A stretch of 64,000 nt of DNA from Verrucomicrobiales bacterium (GTDB lineage Bacteria > Verrucomicrobiota > Verrucomicrobiia > Verrucomicrobiales > SLCJ01): contig JBJTQJ010000025.1 of the NCBI GenBank assembly GCA_046075565.1, positions 64,001-128,000 of the forward strand, in the 5' to 3' direction. The position numbers and the translations under genes were made by a program. Below, piece after piece: positions 60,551 through 64,000 of this stretch; position 1 is the first letter of the stretch, and every line of letters begins with the position of its first letter. The notes below the pieces were generated by a model, which saw nothing but the letters and a program-made list of their open reading frames with translations, had not been told where the DNA came from and searched no databases.

Positions 60551-61474
60551 TTACCAACCGAGCAGTTCGAGGGAGGCCCCGGCATAGAAGCCGTTGTCCA
60601 AATCCGTGTCGAAGAGGGATTGCCCATCTTGTTGGAGTTCGACTTCGGAGTAGAGCGTGTAACCGGCCTGAAGATTGAGCCAAAGGTGCGGCGAGTCGGC
60701 AAGTCGGCGGCGCACGGAGATTCCGGCGCGTCCGTAGCTGACGCTGGCGATATCCGGCCCAGCCTCGCCCTCATCGAGATCCGCCACGAAGCTTCGCGGA
60801 CGGAAGGTCGCGGAGACAATCCAGTCTTCAGTTGGCATCCATGAAGCGGCGAGCTGGGGTGGGATCAGACTGAACAACCATTGGTCGTTTGGTTTCCAAG
60901 TGAAGCCGATACCTGGAACAGCGAAGATTCGATCCACATCGTAGCTGAAGTAGCCTCCGAACCCAATGGCGAGATTATTTCCGAACTGGCGCATGGCTAC
61001 GGCGAAAGTGCGAAAGGCGAAATCATCACTGTCGATGCTTTCAAAATCCGTTCGCAATCCGGGCACGACCTGACCGAGCCAGAACCATTGGCTGCCGGGT
61101 GTGCGGTGAGTGAAGGACAGCGGAACATAGAGGGCATGCAGTTGGCCATCCCAAGCGATGGCTTCGTTGTCGATACTGAGATCGGTGAGCGAGTAGTCGA
61201 TGCCGACCGCGAGTCGGGTTCCGTTGCCGAAATTGCGATAGAAGACCGGTGATCGAAGTTCAAAAACACTGATGTCGGCGGAGCCGGAACCGTCCTCGAA
61301 ATCCATGGTGTCAAGCCATTCATAAGAAAGCGACGCCAAAGCCGGCACGGCCGGGCGAACGTCGGCGAGGAAATCGCGTGCGTCGGCGGCGGGGTCTTGG
61401 GAGGATTGGTCCGCCATTTGCGCAGAGAGAACCCCGGCAGTGGCGAGAAGAGCAAGGAAGGGCAAAAGCTTCAT
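60551..61474 (-). CDS. Outer-membrane beta-barrel protein (DUF6268-like)
   Basis: Signal peptide, amphipathic beta strands, PGIGFTW, terminal Trp. Confidence 0.7.
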   Translation of the reverse strand: MKLLPFLALLATAGVLSAQMADQSSQDPAADARDFLADVRPAVPALASLSYEWLDTMDFEDGSGSADISVFELRSPVFYRNFGNGTRLAVGIDYSLTDLSIDNEAIAWDGQLHALYVPLSFTHRTPGSQWFWLGQVVPGLRTDFESIDSDDFAFRTFAVAMRQFGNNLAIGFGGYFSYDVDRIFAVPGIGFTWKPNDQWLFSLIPPQLAASWMPTEDWIVSATFRPRSFVADLDEGEAGPDIASVSYGRAGISVRRRLADSPHLWLNLQAGYTLYSEVELQQDGQSLFDTDLDNGFYAGASLELLGW

Positions 61475-61546
61475 GCCCGAGACACTACGCCTAACGGAGG
61501 GATCGTGGCGAGTGGATTTTTGGCCTCCACGATTTTCCAGTCAATT

Positions 61547-62989
61547 TCACTTCTTCTTCGGCGGCGGCTGATAGGTGGCCCCGTTATCGGCGGGCAGGGA
61601 ATTGTGCCACGCCACAACCTCCGCTTTCAGGCGGGCGGTTTCGGAAACTTCATTCGCTGCGAGGTTCTCGCTCTCCGAGGGATCCGCAATGAGATCGTAA
61701 AGTTGCGGGGATGAGCCATCGTAGGCACAAAGGAGTTTCCACCGACCGTCGCGCACGGCGAGATCAGGGAGATTGGGTTCACCCGAAAAAGTGGCGCGGT
61801 CCGGAGGTCGGCGGAAAAAGAGCGGCTTTCCGCGGGGGGATTCGGAGTTTCCAAGCAAGGTTGCCGGCAGGGAAACGCCATCGAAGTTGACGCCTTCCGG
61901 GGCGGATACGGCGGCGATCGAGAGCAGCGTGGGTGTGATGTCGAGGGTCGAGAAGAAGGAAACGCCGTTGCTTGTGCCCGTTTTCGAGGCATTGACGTAT
62001 CCGGGCCCCCAGACGACAAGCGGAGAGCGGATGCCGCCTTCATACAACATCGCTTTGCTGCCGCGGAATGGACCCGCCGACCCGACCTCGAATTCGGGTC
62101 CATTGTCCGAGCAGATCAATATCAACGTGTTGTTCCTGAGCGCGGGATCGGAGCGGACACGTTCGAACAACTTCCCGAACTGACGGTCCATCGCCTCGAG
62201 CACGGAATGATAGAGACCCCGTTTGCCGTCCCGCCATTGATATACCGGGGGCCAGAACGGGCTGTGCACATCATCCGGCCATACGTTCACATAAAATGTC
62301 TTTCCCGTTTCCACGGAAAGATTGATGAACTCCAACGCGGAATCAACGAAGCCAGTGGTGATCTTCGAGCGTTCCATCCAGGTGAACGGCTTGCCGAGTC
62401 GCTCGGCATCTCCCCAGATGCGCCCGGGTGTCTCATCCCCCGGCTTGAGGGTGAGAGGAAGCAACTTCGGACCCATGCCCTCGAAATTGGTGAGCGAAAC
62501 ATGAAATCCATAAGTCGTGATCGGCGGGGCATCGTCCACGTCACGCTGACCGCCCATGTGCCATTTACCGAAATGGCCGGTCGCGTATCCCGCGTCCCGC
62601 AACATGCGGGCGAGCATCGGGGCTTTCGGATCGAGCCAGTGGTCCATCCCCCGGGCCGTATTGGCAGCGCGGAATGCCAGATACGAGCCGATCCGCCAGC
62701 GCTGGGGATATTGCCCGGTCGAGAGACCGACGCGGGATGGCGAGCAGAGCGGTGAGGCGACGTAAAACTGTTCAAAACGCAGGCCTTCCGAGGCCATGCG
62801 ATCGATATTCGGAGTCTTGGCCTCCTTGTTGCCGAAACAGGATAAATCTCCCCATCCCATGTCGTCGATGAGGATCATGATGATATTCGGGCGACGGGCG
62901 GGCGCTGATTCCGCGGCGGAAACGACGGGTGCCGGGCCGCAAATCGCCAGCGCGAGCAGCGGGACCATCAGGCATGTTAGACATTTCAT
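61547..62989 (-). CDS. Formylglycine-dependent sulfatase
   Basis: PNIIMILIDDMGWGD, CSPSR, GKWHMG, SDNG, LYEGGIR. Confidence 0.95.
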   Translation of the reverse strand: MKCLTCLMVPLLALAICGPAPVVSAAESAPARRPNIIMILIDDMGWGDLSCFGNKEAKTPNIDRMASEGLRFEQFYVASPLCSPSRVGLSTGQYPQRWRIGSYLAFRAANTARGMDHWLDPKAPMLARMLRDAGYATGHFGKWHMGGQRDVDDAPPITTYGFHVSLTNFEGMGPKLLPLTLKPGDETPGRIWGDAERLGKPFTWMERSKITTGFVDSALEFINLSVETGKTFYVNVWPDDVHSPFWPPVYQWRDGKRGLYHSVLEAMDRQFGKLFERVRSDPALRNNTLILICSDNGPEFEVGSAGPFRGSKAMLYEGGIRSPLVVWGPGYVNASKTGTSNGVSFFSTLDITPTLLSIAAVSAPEGVNFDGVSLPATLLGNSESPRGKPLFFRRPPDRATFSGEPNLPDLAVRDGRWKLLCAYDGSSPQLYDLIADPSESENLAANEVSETARLKAEVVAWHNSLPADNGATYQPPPKKK

Positions 62990-63032
62990 GGCGGTGGTCG
63001 GATTGGTTTTGCGCGGAATTCGCACAACAGAA

Positions 63033-64000
63033 TCATGGGACGACCTTGCCGGTGATCACGAGGTTCCGTTTGGGGATCGTGAAGATAAAGGCCACCACGG
63101 AAGAGGCGGTCATCCGCGCTTTGGAATCATATCCAGCGTTGTCGCGATTCGGTTGATAATAAAAAGTCCCGTCGTTGCACTGCGCCATGGTGAACCACCA
63201 GCGGTTGGCATCCATCAGCTTCCGGAAGTTCTGAGCCTCGGTATTCGCACCGAGCGCCTCGTAAGCCATGCCCATTGGGGGTGATCCGTGGGTATCTGGA
63301 AAACTTTGCGGATGTTTTCCGATGATGTCCGAGTATTGCCGGGCTTGTTGGCGATAGTCGCCATCGGGATACGGGCTAACAAAGCAGGCGATACCGGCGG
63401 CACCTGTCCGGCCCATGTCGGCCCAGTCGTCCGGTCCGCCGCCGCGGGAATCGCCATACCAGAGATATCCATTCTCGCCGGTTCCCCTTTTGAGAAAAGC
63501 ATAAGCCGCGTCATGACGGGCGCGGTCGATCTTGATGCCACACCGATGCATGAGGGAATAGGCAAGCGCGCCCTGGGCGGTGATCATGGCAATCGGACCA
63601 TAACCCTCGAATCCGGGATTGTGTCCCCATCCTCCATGGGATTGCTTGGGCCCCTTGGGATAGTCATCAGGATGTGATTCTTTGACCTTCGGATCAATTT
63701 GGGACATGTCGAGATACTGCCCCTGCTCCATCAGGCTCCGGATATTCTCCAGCTCCGGCAATACCCAGGACTTCCTGGTGATCAAATAGTATTCGCTCAG
63801 CACGATGGCCGCGCCCATGTGGGTCCAGTTCATCAGGCCATACTTTCTGTCTTCCGGCCCCGTTTCACGGATGCTCTCGCAAAGATGGCGCAGGTTTCTT
63901 TCCACATCCGACAGGTATTTCTTTTCGCCGCATCCGAGCAGGGCGAGCGAAGCGAACGTATTGTGTACCGGATCGCCAAATGAGCCGCTCTCTTCCTGTT
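63033..64000 (-). CDS. DUF6288-like protein, C-terminal part (runs off window edge)
   Basis: Frame is open to the window edge (QEESGSFGDPVHNTFASLALL...); NWTH..LSEYYL, GGWGH, DMGRTG, DGTFYYQP. Confidence 0.65.
   Translation of the reverse strand, partial: QEESGSFGDPVHNTFASLALLGCGEKKYLSDVERNLRHLCESIRETGPEDRKYGLMNWTHMGAAIVLSEYYLITRKSWVLPELENIRSLMEQGQYLDMSQIDPKVKESHPDDYPKGPKQSHGGWGHNPGFEGYGPIAMITAQGALAYSLMHRCGIKIDRARHDAAYAFLKRGTGENGYLWYGDSRGGGPDDWADMGRTGAAGIACFVSPYPDGDYRQQARQYSDIIGKHPQSFPDTHGSPPMGMAYEALGANTEAQNFRKLMDANRWWFTMAQCNDGTFYYQPNRDNAGYDSKARMTASSVVAFIFTIPKRNLVITGKVVP

Overview
A GC-rich bacterial chromosomal segment, most likely Verrucomicrobia (inferred from a PEP-CTERM protein, sulfatase, Tat-exported Gfo/Idh/MocA enzymes, an ExbD-vWA pair and DUF6288/DUF6268-like proteins). 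It is mostly housekeeping and metabolism: panC (partial), glgB, hflX, ppc, ftsK, mpl, hemB, cdd, glgE, mrdA, lipA, rnc, tRNA-His, gpsA, plsY, menD, sua5, aroK and truA. Small accessory units are interspersed: a VapBC module with a palindromic operator, a decayed nucleotidyltransferase pair, a RAYT-like Y1 transposase with promoter-embedded direct repeats, and REP-like hairpins. The most interesting candidates are (1) a standalone protein with the motif pattern of Legionella MavL-type ADP-ribosyl hydrolase macrodomains, (2) a 1105-aa GHMP kinase/UDP-sugar pyrophosphorylase fusion paired with a second nucleotidyltransferase, (3) a divergent Mpl-like ligase plus GT4 operon next to a separately terminated 43-codon sORF, and (4) a PD-(D/E)XK nuclease-like protein with a signal peptide and no methylase. 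Two genes are broken by single in-frame stops, and many genes show a leaderless-type promoter layout. All family calls come from motif recognition by eye; no searches were run.
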